In this document: piece after piece, positions 1 to 12,983 of the stretch
How the letters are laid out: each line of letters begins with the position of its first letter
Numbering within the stretch: the first letter of the stretch is position 1
DNA from: Adineta vaga
Taxonomy: Eukaryota > Animalia > Rotifera
Length of the DNA stretch: 64,000 nt
Direction of reading: 5' to 3'
NCBI GenBank assembly: GCA_021613535.1
Contig: CP075492.1
Coordinates: 8,308,001 to 8,372,000, forward strand
Translations under genes and position numbers: made by a program
Notes under the pieces: model-generated
The model's database searches: none
Seen by the model: only the letters and a program-made list of their open reading frames with translations
What the model was told of the DNA's origin: nothing

Positions 1-2906
1 AATATGAATAAGAAAAGAAAAAAACATCATAGTTTTCAAAAGAAAACGAGAGAGAAGAGATACCTTGATTTACAAACATATGTCTACCTGTCTGCACTAA
101 TCGATCGCAATTATAAAGATTTTTTACAGAACTAAAACTGCATACAACTAGAAATAAATCGAAGCAATGAACAAAGCAAAAAGGAGAGACAGAAACAGAG
201 AGAGAAAAAAGACGACGAGTTTTTCCCTTTTTCGCTCCTATGCGCTCATTCATAAAAGATTTGAGTAATTTGCACACAGATTTCTTTTCTTCTCTCTCTC
301 CCTCTCTGTCTCTCTCTCTCTTTTCTTTGAGTGATCAGAAGACAGCAATAGCATAGGAAAAGAGGGAAGGAAAAATTTTGAACAAAGAACAAGGCACAAG
401 CGCGCATTGTGTAGCGAGAACATATTATTATGATTGTGTGTGTGTGATTGCACAAGCGAGAGAAAGTGATTGACGAGTGAGAGAAAGAAACGAGAACGTC
501 GAATGATCAGGTTGTAATAGCGGTAGTGCGTATTAATTATTCTCTTCTTTTTCCTTCTAGTTTTTTTTGTCATTTCAAATAAGAATTTCAAATTGATGGT
601 CTTCACCTACTTCTCGAGATTTCCAAGTGCAATACATAGGCACTACTTGAAAATTTATAATAAATATATGCGTAGTAGTTTGGCCAAGAAAAGAGAAGAA
701 AAGAGAGAGAGAGAGTGGGTGAAAGATTTCATTTATTAATTAGCAAACACAAACGTTTTTTCTTCTGCTTCTTCTTCTGTTTCTTAACAAAGAAAAATTA
801 ACAACAAAAATCAATGTTCTCATTGATGTTGATTCTTCTTTGATTTCTTTTCTTTTATTTACTAATGTTTGAGATTGTCAAATACGAGATAAACCAGAAG
901 CAAAAAGAATTGAACTAAGTTAGTTCACTAAAACACGAACTATTTACTGCGAAGAGAAAAATACGTAAAATATTTGAAGAAAAAGAAATGTCATATTTCG
1001 TTGTTGATTATTTTCGGTTGGATGGACGATATAAAAAGAAATTCTTGCCTTTTTTTCTCCTTCTTCTTCTCCTTCTTCTTTTTCTCTTGGTTCGTTCTTT
1101 CCTTTCTCATTCAATTGAATGACAATTGTTCACAAAGTTAATCGATACATTTTTTTTTTATTTAGTCAATATAAAGAAAAGAAAGAAGAAAATCCTTGAA
1201 AAGCTGCTTACTAAAGCTGACTCGTTCGAATACATATCGACATGCTTTTCAAACAATATTTTTCTATATACATACATATATCTTAAAAAGATGACGGTGA
1301 TGATATTATCAATATACGAAATCATTCAGCATGCTAGTGATGATCGTCGATGTTGACGACAACATGCTTTTGTGTGCACTATACATTCGTCTCCTGAGAC
1401 AGTATAAAATGTATTGACGTATGCAGGAAATAGTAACAGCAAAAAAATCATTATGATCACCATCTTATTTTATCGTTTTCCTTCATCATTCTATACCCAA
1501 AGAGACTATTATCTGATTATCTTAACTATTTGCGCATTTCTCAATATAAAATACCAACTATTACCTCTAGAGCATTCTTCTTCTCATGTTCAAGAACAAA
1601 CACGATTACAAATGACTATATATATCTCTATTTCTATTTCTATTGAAATCATTCAACAAATACATCGAGCGATTCTCTAAGAAAAGACAATGTCAATATC
1701 GAACTTAAATAAAGTTTTTGTACAACGAAATGGATACTTCCATGTTTGCTATCATCATGAGACAAGCACTTGCTAGATTACATACATACAAATATATGAA
1801 AAGAGGAAGAAGAGTAGATCCGTTCCGGAATAATTCGAAGAGGAAGACATCTAGAATTGATAATTGACATCATGAGGAAAAGAGGAAGAAGCATGCTTGA
1901 CAAGAGAGAATATGTACGCTCTCTTACACTTGACGAAATCGATGATCGACAACGATGATCAATAAGAGAGCGTAGTTCAAGAAAAAAAAGTTAGTTTCTT
2001 CTCTTCGGTTTCTTCATCTACATCGATTGATTATGCAAAAAGACAATTTCATTCCTAATTCACTTATTTCCTAACTAATCTTCTAATTTTGCATAAAATT
2101 TACTTCGAAAAATCTATTTCAAGTCTTACACTTACTTTTTCGCTTGTCTGCATATTTGCTCCAAATAAAGAGCAAATGCCGGAAAAATTAGGAGAGGAAG
2201 TGCTGAAAAAAATCAAAGCGATGTTAATCTTTATTCTTTTTTCTTGCTAATAATAATAATAATAACAAGACTTTCCGATTAACTTTTATTCATAAGATAC
2301 AATTGAGTTCATTCAAATAGTTCGTATACAAAAGCTTGTATACCTTCTTCTTTGATTTGAATTTGTTCTCAATAGAAGAAAAAAATGAATAAACTTGCTG
2401 TCTTAATTGACGAGATAGAACAGAGTACTCCTAATTCGATTATCTCGGATTGCAGTCTTCAAATTAACATGTTTGATTTTTTCAACGATTAAATAACATT
2501 CTCATAATTTATAGAGATCAAAGTGATGAGGACGGCGATCGAACGATCAAATACTTGGAATAAGTAATTCTCGCTCGCACCCACTTATTTCTATGAGTAA
2601 ATCAAAAAAAAATAAATCTGTTCTACATCAATAATAGAAACAGCGTTAAAAGGCCCACTAACAACATCATCTTGTAAACGTATGTGTGCACGCAATAGAG
2701 AAAGAGAGAGAGAGAGAGGGAGAGAGGGAGAAAGATGGAAAAAGAAAGTCAGAATGAAACTACATATAAGAGGTAGATGACGGCGTCACTATTGTTTGAT
2801 GTCTTTATCTTTCTTGATAATATTGTTCAAAAAAATTGAATGAAACGAACAAATTTGAAAAGCAATCATCTTTTACCGGAAGAAAAACCTTCTTAAGAGT
2901 TTTGCT

Positions 2907-5089
2907 TTAATTGATTCTTTTATCTTTACCTGAAAGATTGATTGGAAGATCTTGACTACTTGCATCTGTTTCTTGTTGTTGCTGCTGCTCGGCATATTCC
3001 AAACTGAAATAGAAGTTCAAGAACAGATTCAATAAGAAGACTGGTTTTTATTGACAATGTCATAGTTTCTGTTTGTTTTCATTGATGAAGAAAAAACAAT
3101 AACTACAAATTCTTTTCTAATAAATTGAATAAATGAAAGATGATTAACTCAAATAGTGATAGAGAAAATATCTCGATTGATTGAATTTCAATTAAGATAT
3201 GACTTAGAACTGAAATCTTACCAATCATCTGCAATATGTGTGATACCAGTAAGACGATGTACATAACGTTGAATAACATACCACATACTTTCAATAAAGT
3301 ACGGATATCGAAATCGATCAGGAACTCGAACTTTTCTTTCAATTGTCCATACTTGAATTTGCATGGGAATTTTGAAAGAATTTAAAAAATTGCCACCAAA
3401 CACAAGAGAATCTTCTAGTGTATATACCGCATGTATCCAACCTGATGGTAGAAAAAATGTCCATCCAGCTTCGAGAATAATCATTTGACAATCATTGGAT
3501 GCGCATATATCAGCAAAAAAACATTCATTTTGTCTGCCAGATAAAATCCATTCTTCATACAAACGTAAATGAGATTCAGTTGGAGGTAATAACCAAAAAA
3601 CTTTCTTTCCTTTCAATACATGATACCATACAGATGATCCACCTGATGAAATAGAATTCAGTTAGTCAATCATAACAGATCATCATTTATATATATATAT
3701 ATATATACCCATATCAATATGAAAATCGGTGAAACATTTGGCAACAGACATGAGAACATACCTATAAAACGATATTTATATTCATAGAGAATTGATTTGT
3801 TTTTACTTTCGAGTTTTTGGATAATACATATGATCTTGTTTGAGATTCTTTTGCAATTGTGCTTGAACATCTAACCAATAATCAGGCCATGTATTTGTTA
3901 TCCAATCAATTTCACGTACCTGAAAATGAGCTTATTCAAAACTTTTTGAAATAGAAACATGTCTATTAAACTTACAATGGACGGTGATTCAACATATTTT
4001 TCTAATGCTGTATGACTAAATTCTAATGAAATAACATTTAATAGTTTCGTTCGTTTTTCTGCTGGCTGATCATAATAATCTGTCCAAGATTTCATGGTCA
4101 TTTGTAAGGATTCTTGTGTATCAACATTGACAACATCAATTAAACGTTGAGAACCTATACATGTTCGAACTTCATGGATACTAAATTGAGATGTTGGAAG
4201 CCGTAAGCCCAAACCACGATGTTGTTTAATTACAACCGGATTTGGAAAACCAGTACGTTGGATATACGATATATTGAATTCTATATAGAATGAATATATA
4301 GTTCATTATCGATGGTGATTCTCGAATGAGTGAGACAGTATCCTGCTATATGATGTCAAAAGGTATGAAGAAATTTGTTTTCTCGTTTTCTAAAGATCTA
4401 TACTGACCATCAACAGTGAGTTCTTCAACAAATTTGCCTTGATAATTATTTGAAGCAGCAAATTTCTGTTCAATATTCCATGTTTGTCCTTTTTCCAATA
4501 TTGCTTTAAAGAAAATATCATTGTCATCGTCTGTATAATTCTTCTTTTCCCGTGTACGCTGAAAAATTAAAATTAAATTAATAATCGTATGTATTTACGA
4601 TATGTTAGTTTGTTTCTCTATATAGAACGGATATCTTTATCATTTAGAAAAAGAACACGAATGTACCCGTTGTGATTCGCAATATCTGCTATTAATCATT
4701 TCAAATGCATCTGACCTTTAGTTACTCTAACAGATTCCTTCTTTATCTTAAGAGAGTGTTCTGAAATGAAGAAAGAGAAGTTTTCATATGGACATTCTTG
4801 CTGTTCGTACACTGAGTGATTCATCAATGTCATTGATCGAGGATTTCGGATAGAAAAACCTTGAGCATATACAGAGTAACTCAAAATAACATCTTATTGT
4901 ATACAACGCGCTTATAATTCTACTTAAAAGACGTTTTTGAAAATGTATTATCCTTTAATTAATGTGAACTCTTCTGTTTTAACTGGTTTATTTCTCTCCA
5001 ATCCACTCGATAATTTACTATTTATTTAATTTTCCTTGAAAATATTATATTATACATACCAAACGACGACCTTCTTTATTCGAAGACAT
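2907..5089 (-). CDS. KDM2: JmjC-domain histone H3K36 demethylase, KDM2/JHDM1-like (N-terminal JmjC part; gene probably continues past the left window edge)
   Basis: Spliced exons read MSSNKEGRRL|RTREKKNYTDDD...GLRLPTSQFSIHEVRTCIGSQRLIDV...LLNVISLEFSHT...[39 protein letters not shown]...SGWIHAVYTLEDSLVFGGNFL...RFRYPYF. The HxD...H Fe(II) ligands are intact. The last clear exon either runs to TAA at 2907 or splices at TCAG|gtaaag (2930). Confidence 0.9.
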
Positions 5090-7057
5090 GATAAGAGAGA
5101 TTGTTGATTTTTAAAAATTCATTTTAATACTCATTTTTACAAAAAAGAAATAGTTAAGAATATTTTTCTGTTTTTGCTATGACTCAATATATTATTAACA
5201 AAAACAAGTCTGTCTACACGAACAGACGAAGAAGGAAGATATATCTGAAGAATTTAATTATACACCTGATAAAAAAGATTAGTTATCACTTGTTTGATGA
5301 TATTAAAGAATTAGTTTTTTGTACAAAAAAATTGAATCTTAGTTTTTCATAATTCTTATTGAGTGAAAATAAACGAAAAATAAACAGTATATTCAACTTA
5401 ATAGGGGGCGCTAGTCAACAGTAATAGTCATTATTACTAAATGTCATTAGTATAAACAAATAAATACAAGTAACTTTTGTATTAAAAATACACATTTTAT
5501 TAGTTGTGACAGTTACCTTCTGAAATCATATAAATCTAAACAACATCATCATCTATAATCGAATAGGACTCATTTAATAGTGTGCACTATGTTATCTCTC
5601 ACTTCTTGGATGCAAGATAATTTCAATCATAGTAGCTTATAATCAATATGTGAAACGTTAGTATGGAAATGTATCTGTAACGATCGATTGCAATTTTCAA
5701 ATCCATCAAGCACGCAACAGATTTAAACATGACACAGATCATTCAATTTTAAACGGGAGTTATTCTCGACAATAGTTGAACTGGTGTTACACAAACGAGG
5801 GATAATGTATCAATGTCAGAATAGTACTATTTTATAACTTCACACATTGTATCATAAATACCACATAAAACTCAAAAGACTAGAAAAGTTTCTTATACCT
5901 CTATAAATGTCAGTATCAGAACATAATCGAGTTTGAGAAATTCTTGAAAAGTACTATTGGTTTCAAAACAATAACCACCTGTCGCAAACAGAACACGAAA
6001 ATATTGGATATAATCAAAAGATATGATTGGTCTATACCGTTCGTTTTGGTTGATTGAAACTTGAGTATCTATGGTTATCTTTCATAAAGATTTGTCAATA
6101 TCTATGTGTTATATTTAGATATTTTATTGACTTGGTGGTATCTAGAATGTCTTTTCGATATAGATCGTTTTTATGTTATATGTTCTTCATTGTATCCATT
6201 AATCTAGATAGAAAAACTATCCGAGATGAATAGTAGCTGAGCATATTTGTTAGCTCTAAAAGTTTCTGATTTAGGTGACAATCTGCTTCTTTAGGATGTC
6301 TGCTGAAATTTAAAACACATCTTTTGACTTATGTTTATTTTCAAAAAGAGTTGATCATGACGAGGTGTCATTATGATAAATCATTCATTGAAATCGTACA
6401 GGGACACGATACAGTGTTCGATTTCGAACATTTTCGACGAGTTCATATAACATTGTATTGACTATATGATATGATATTCATTATCAGATACAAATATTGA
6501 CATTCGTCGTTCTTTCAATTGTTTTTCATCTATGCAAAAGTCTAGTTGCAAAAAGCTTGAATCGGATTCCATTATGTCATACAGTTTATTTTTTATATTT
6601 TCCAAAAATTTCTGATTTGTAGACCGACTACAAAAAGAGAGAAAAATATAATCATATGTTATATTACTTATTGTAAGGAAGCATAAACTTTTTGCGTTTC
6701 TTCTAAATTTCACTCTTCGATTTTTGTAATTAAAAAACTTCTTTCGACGAGTCTCAGACTTTAATACAATATTTTTTGACAATTTCTCTTGCAAATCTGT
6801 ATTTTTAACAACATAAAACAATTGAAAGTCTTTTTTACACAAGTATGAGAGGCCGTTTCTGAGTAGAAGTGTATTTAACTCCGCAATATTTCTGTCTTGG
6901 ATTATAAATTGGTTCACATTTCTTCTTTAGATTCCTCCTTTTTTCAACGATAGTCGATCATTTCAAAAACATTCTTCTTTTTTATTCAGGTGAAATATAA
7001 TCGATTCTTTCTAGAAACACCGAAAGGCATTCATTTCTCCGTCGCAGACCATACAAA

Positions 7058-10000
7058 ATGCTTCACAGGTAAGACAGTTACGCAGGTATTTTCATGGTAA
7101 CAGAGAGTAACCGCAATAGATGCGAATATATTTATTTTAGTACAATGTTTTATAATTTTCACTACTAGATTGTGAAATGTTACTTCTTGAGATAATAATT
7201 CTGTCTATTCAAATAATTTGAATTCAAGGAATCGTAAAATTATATAGAGCTTGTATATGTACGTAAATGTTAATCTGACGAAGACTTTGAATTCTTTTGA
7301 AACTATCGTTTTGTTATTTATGTCTATCGCATTAGTTATGATCAAGACATAAGAGTTCTCAAATTCATAAAAATATATGACAAACAATCGGAGACACTTT
7401 CTTCTTTGATACTGTCAAAAAAAACAATTTACTTTGCTATCCAATATTGACATTAGAAATTCATAAGTGCTGAAGAATTGACAAAAGAATTTTTACCGGG
7501 AGGAATAGATTTACTCACAAGAAAGCGTTCTCAAAACCACTACATCCACACATCCGGTTTGAGGAGACAGCTAATTTAGGTTAATGGAAGTTTTAAAAAC
7601 ATATTTGAGTAACGAGCCTTTTGAAAGTATATAAAAAAAGGTTTGAAAGAACGATTCAGATATTGAGATCGATAATTATGACCAAGTATTAGAAACCATT
7701 ATTGCAAAATCAGATGTATAAATTGTAGCTATTGTATATATTAATGATAAAAGATTACACTTCTATAAGACAGATGGAGAATACATTCTGTAATTTCTCT
7801 ATTGTGAAAAAGTGATTGATTCAGTTTTAAAGTATACAAACGTCGTCTTTACAAAATACGATCTACTAAGTAGCTTTTTGGATACTTTGGTGTGATTCGC
7901 TCTAAGGACCTGTTCTCATGAGCATTTTAAGGAGAAATTAGACACTTGTTTTTTTTCTTTCGAATAGAAGTCGATCAGTTGATGGTGATTCTGTACCATG
8001 TGAATTTAAGAATCTTCGTATAAATTCAAATGCAAGTTATATGATATGCAAAAATATTAATACGAAATTAAGATCACAAAGAGAAATTAAAGGAGATCCC
8101 ATAGAGCAGTCTAATATAGAACAATTAAGCAGTTATGAACGTAAAATGGCATATTTTATACGTTTTCATCTACGAGATATTTTAACCAGTGATCATCTTC
8201 ATGTTTGGTTTAATATTCAGACAAAATCATTAGAAGAAATTCAAGATCGAAGTCAAATATTGAGAAATGTTCCGGAAGACATCGATGTTGTCTATTGTTT
8301 TGGATCGATGCTTTCATATGATACATTTATTGAACACTCTAATGATCGTTCTCTTGCTCGTATTTGTCTTCAAAAACGCTCTAAAGCAATTCAATTAAAA
8401 ATAGGATCATGTGTTATATTGATTGAACTCAGAAATATTGATTCACAACTTCTAATCAATCATTCAACTAAGGATAACTCTATACAAGTTATTTTTATGC
8501 TTAAATCACCACCGATTATCGAACAACTACAAGGACAAATTCATCGGTAAGTTAGAGAAGTATTTCATTGGATATAAATCATCTTTACTAGACTGTGTCT
8601 TTTCTCATCGTAAATTCGAACGTAAAAACAAAATACGAAATATTTTCTTCTTGAAGTTTTTATATCTTCTAACTGCATGACATCATTCTTCAAACTAAAA
8701 TCCTAAAAATGTCATAGGTTAATTTCTATAATTTATGTATTTAGTGATAGAAAAGCAATGATCGAAGGAATTCCACATTGCAGTGATTTGCTCATTCGTT
8801 TCTTTCCAGCAAGTCATGCATGGATATTCTTACGAGAATTACCAATTGCTGGATATACTCGCAGACCATCCGGTAATTTATTTCATATAAATTTTGCTAT
8901 ATTTGCATGGCAAAAAGATCCCAGTTATTTACTTCCTATGGGTAAACCAACGTACAATTCGTACTATGAATCTTATGCTATGGAAATGCTCTGGTCATTG
9001 GGTTATATCTATCAAGATAAATACAATGCTGATTCACAAGTGATGAACAATATGCGAAATAAGAATTTCTATGATTTAGGTTGTAAAATTTGGCATAATT
9101 TAAAAATAAATCACTGTTATCGTCTTCGAGATGCATTAAATGATCGAAAATCACAAAATAATACTAAGAATTCAAGTGGATCATCAGAATTGAAAGAAGT
9201 AGCATTTGTAATATTAACACCATCTCGTATTGAATATCAACCAATGCCAACAACAATTTCTCATCGAGGTTTTAATTTTTACGATTCTGAACAGTGGTTG
9301 CTTGTTCATATACGAGATCATAATGGAATGGATAAGATTCGTGAATTAGATTTACAGAATAAAGTACGATTCAAGAATTTCATGATACAAGGTATTCGTC
9401 GAAATGATCGTTTGTATCGATATTTTGGTTCATCGAATAGTCAAATGAAAGATCAAGCTGGTTGGTTTTTATCTCTTCCTCAAGGAGAAACGATAGAAAA
9501 AGCACGTGAAAAACTTGGTGAATTATCAAAAATACCCAATGTATCTACATACACGGCAAGACTTGGTTTGTATCTATCAACATCACGATCTGCTGAAGTA
9601 AGATTACTTTTCAATTAACTTGATTCTTTCTAAAAGATTATATGGTATGATAATTAATATTCATTTTTCACATCTAGATCAAGCTAGTGAAGAAAGGCGA
9701 AGCACAAGATAAAGACGGAGGATCATATATAAACCAATCATCAGGATTCTTTTCTTCTCTGATAACGTTCCAAGAAGGTATTATAAATGAAGTCTGAATG
9801 AAGTATTTCTCAGGGAGATATTTTTAGGTTTTTAAATCTGAAAATAAACCAATAGAATATATGGCTATTATTATACCGGATGAGAAGCATAATGACTTTA
9901 ACTTTACTGATGGTTGTGGTAAAATTTCATGGGCTCTTGCCAAAAAGGTTGCGTTGAATATCGGTATAAAAATTAGCGAGAATGTAAGTTGTATCAAAGC

Positions 10001-11557
10001 TTTTCAAACATTCTACTCAATGTATGATTCTAGTCGGATGTACCATCGGCGTTTCAAGTTCGAATAGCTGGCTGCAAAGGCATGTTATCTATAGATCCCA
10101 AATCAAAAGGCAAAGGCAAATTGTACTATATTTTGGTTCGAAAGAGTATGGTCAAGTTTGATAGTGATGATTGGACTCTGCACATTGTCGACCATTCGCG
10201 TCCTAGTAAGTGCTCAATAAAGCAGACAATCTTCATAAACTTTCTATTTAGTGCCACTAAGCTTGAACAATCAAGTTATTCGTTTATTGAGCGACTTGGG
10301 TATTAGTAATGGTATGTTCGAATCGATTCAACAACGATGTATCGACCAGAAAGAATTCTGGCATCCACCACCAAAAAGTTATCTGAATGCAATGGATTCT
10401 CTTGATCAACAAGCAATTGAGGATAAACGAAAACAATACAAAAATGCGTATGTTTCTTGTTTTTTTTATAGTATCCATATACTAGAATGCAGTTGAAACT
10501 TTTCAGAAAACATTTTCTTGAACGAAATAAAATACCATTACCATTAAATGATGGTCGATTCCTATTTGGAATTGCAGATGAAACAGGAACATTGAAACCA
10601 GGACAATGTTTTATCCAGTATCGGGATCTCAGGAATTCACCAAGATCAAAAATATATCATGTACATGAAGGTACAATTGTAACAGTCCATATTTCTAAAA
10701 CATGATTCATTGTTCGAAACAAATTTATTCTAGGAACTGTTATAGTGACAAAAAATCCATGTCTTCATCCTGGAGATGTACGTAAACTTGAGGCAGTTTG
10801 GGTAGAAGCACTAGAGTCTTGTATACGCGATTGTATTGTATTCAGTACACAAGGTCTTCGGCCAAGTTTCAATGAAATGGCTGGTTCCGATTTAGACGGC
10901 GATCAATACTGGGTCTATTGGGGCGATGAACTCAAAGTTACACGACCCGTTGAACCACTATTATATCCATCAGCCGAGAAAAAGCCTAGCGGTTCTATAA
11001 CTAATGATCTCATTGTCGATCATGTACTTAATTCATTTACAAATAGTGTCGTCGGTACGATCGGTAATTTACACAAGGTTATTGCTGACAAAGATCCACG
11101 TGGCACCCTCTCTCCAGAATGCAAAGAATGTGCATCACTCTTTGCTCGAGCAATTGACGCATGCAAAACCGGTGAAGAAATTCCCAAAAATCGAATTAAT
11201 CAACTGAAGGAAAAATATTATCAAACATGTCCAACCTGGATGATGAAATTTGATAAACCAGTTATGGATCCACCAAGTACATCAATCAACGAAATTCTTT
11301 TTCGCAAAGCTCAAGAATCATGGCTAGATGAAGATTGCTATCATGATATTGTTCGACCATTTCAAGGTGTTGAATTTCCTGAAGAATTAATTGCAATTGA
11401 TATTGACGATACAAATGAAACAGAAGGAACTCAAGATGAAAGTCAAATCCAACGTATGGCTATTATATTATGCTGCAAATCATGCTGTTTATGCATATTT
11501 TGGACTGCAATCGTAATAGTCCTTTTATACGGTATTTTAAATTGGTGGAAAAAGTAA
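7058..11557 (+). CDS. Eukaryotic RNA-dependent RNA polymerase (RNAi RdRP family), about 984 aa, with a C-terminal hydrophobic tail
   Basis: Phase-consistent exons 7058-7068, 7968-8546, 8745-9597, 9828-9983, 10034-10205, 10252-10447, 10507-10670 and 10734-11557 (2955 nt). Motifs: YFGSSNSQMK, ARLGLYLSTS, FTDGCGKIS, PSAFQVRIAGCKGML, RKSMVKF, LNNQVIRLLSDLGI, FGIADETGTL, TKNPCLHPGD and catalytic GSDLDGD (DLDGD at 10889-10903). Exon 1 is the least certain. Confidence 0.93.
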
Positions 11558-12983
11558 CAATAATACACTGTTTGGTTGATTTCATTAGTATGTTAAATAT
11601 GTCGCATGGATTGAAATTTCATATAATATACAAAAAATCAGAATTCTTTAGCATTTAGATTCCTCTCACATAATTAATTGACCAAGTCTTTTTTTTCTGT
11701 ACTAATGAGTATTATTCAATAAACTTATTCATAAATCTATAGTTTTCACTGTAATAAAACGGTTTTAAAATACGATAAAAGACAATTCTTGCAGCTCATG
11801 TATATTATCATGCAAGAAAAGAAAAGAATATCCTTATATCATATAGCAGTTGGTGCCTCTGTATAAATGCAAATGAACTACATCATCATTGATACAACAG
11901 CAGTAGTCACCACATATATAAGTGTTTCACTTCGCTCATTCTTCATTTTCTTTCGGTCACGTACGACACTTAACTTGATAGATATGGTTCATTAACAGAT
12001 CAACCACATCATCTTAAAATCATAAACAAATTGTCAAAAAAGATGAGCATGTCTTCGAAGAAAAACGATTAGTCAATTTTTCTGAATAATCAACCTGTCT
12101 TCGTTTATTTATCTAAACGAGTTCATCTCTTTTTCGTTGGTGAAAAGAAATCAATGATGCAGCAAACGTTGGCACTATATAAATAGCTCAATTTTTCTTC
12201 AATATTTCAGAATCAATTGTCAATCCGTAAGTACCATTCAATATGAGGTTAATCTTCGAACAGGTTCACATTTGTTTGCTGATGATTAACAAAAAATTCA
12301 TAGAAGCAAGGATCTGTGTACCTGCACGATATTAGCCGAGATTTGACGATATACTTCTTTTTAAACCATATAATTTATCCGAAAAAAATTGGAATTAAAC
12401 AGATTTTCAAGAAATAGGCTCATCACCTGTAAACTGAACGGATTCGATCTATTTTCAGTTGCCAGGTCTTTGGCCCTCTTGCGAGAATCTCTTTGCATCG
12501 ATGATAGATATATTTTCTTTTTCTTTCTTTAATAGATCATTGTCTGAAAGAAAATCTGCGCTTAAAAATGCTAATTTTTTTAAGAATATATATACAAACA
12601 GATGTATTTTTACATATGATCAAGGAAAGATGGAAATCAATTGTTCGTATAGATTTGCTGTTGACTTTATTTTATTACACAACATTGTCGAAAGTAGATA
12701 TTTAAATTTTTTTATTTTTGAATAGCAAATGATGAAACTAATGAATTCTTCTTCTTCTTCTTCGTCTTTATTTACAATCAAAAAACCATTGCACATGAAA
12801 AAATGTTCGAAAAACACGAAGGATAAATTGATTCTATTTACAGACAAGAAAAACGAGACAAACAATGAGAATTAGGCTCAGATAAACACATTGTTATATA
12901 TATATATATTAATTACATTCAATAACAAATTTGACAATAGATATCACAAGATGGAGAATTCAATTGATTTTTAGTCAGAAAAA

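Noticed and set aside
246-1680. Short ORFs on both strands at the left end
   Set aside because: They derive from GA/CT microsatellites and A/T runs, with no motifs or coherent exon structure.
11780-12480. Fragments resembling a PLAT-domain start (IQYEVNLRTGSHLFA, + strand) and a TM segment (- strand)
   Set aside because: Very short, stop-interrupted and mutually inconsistent. Not enough to support a gene or pseudogene call.
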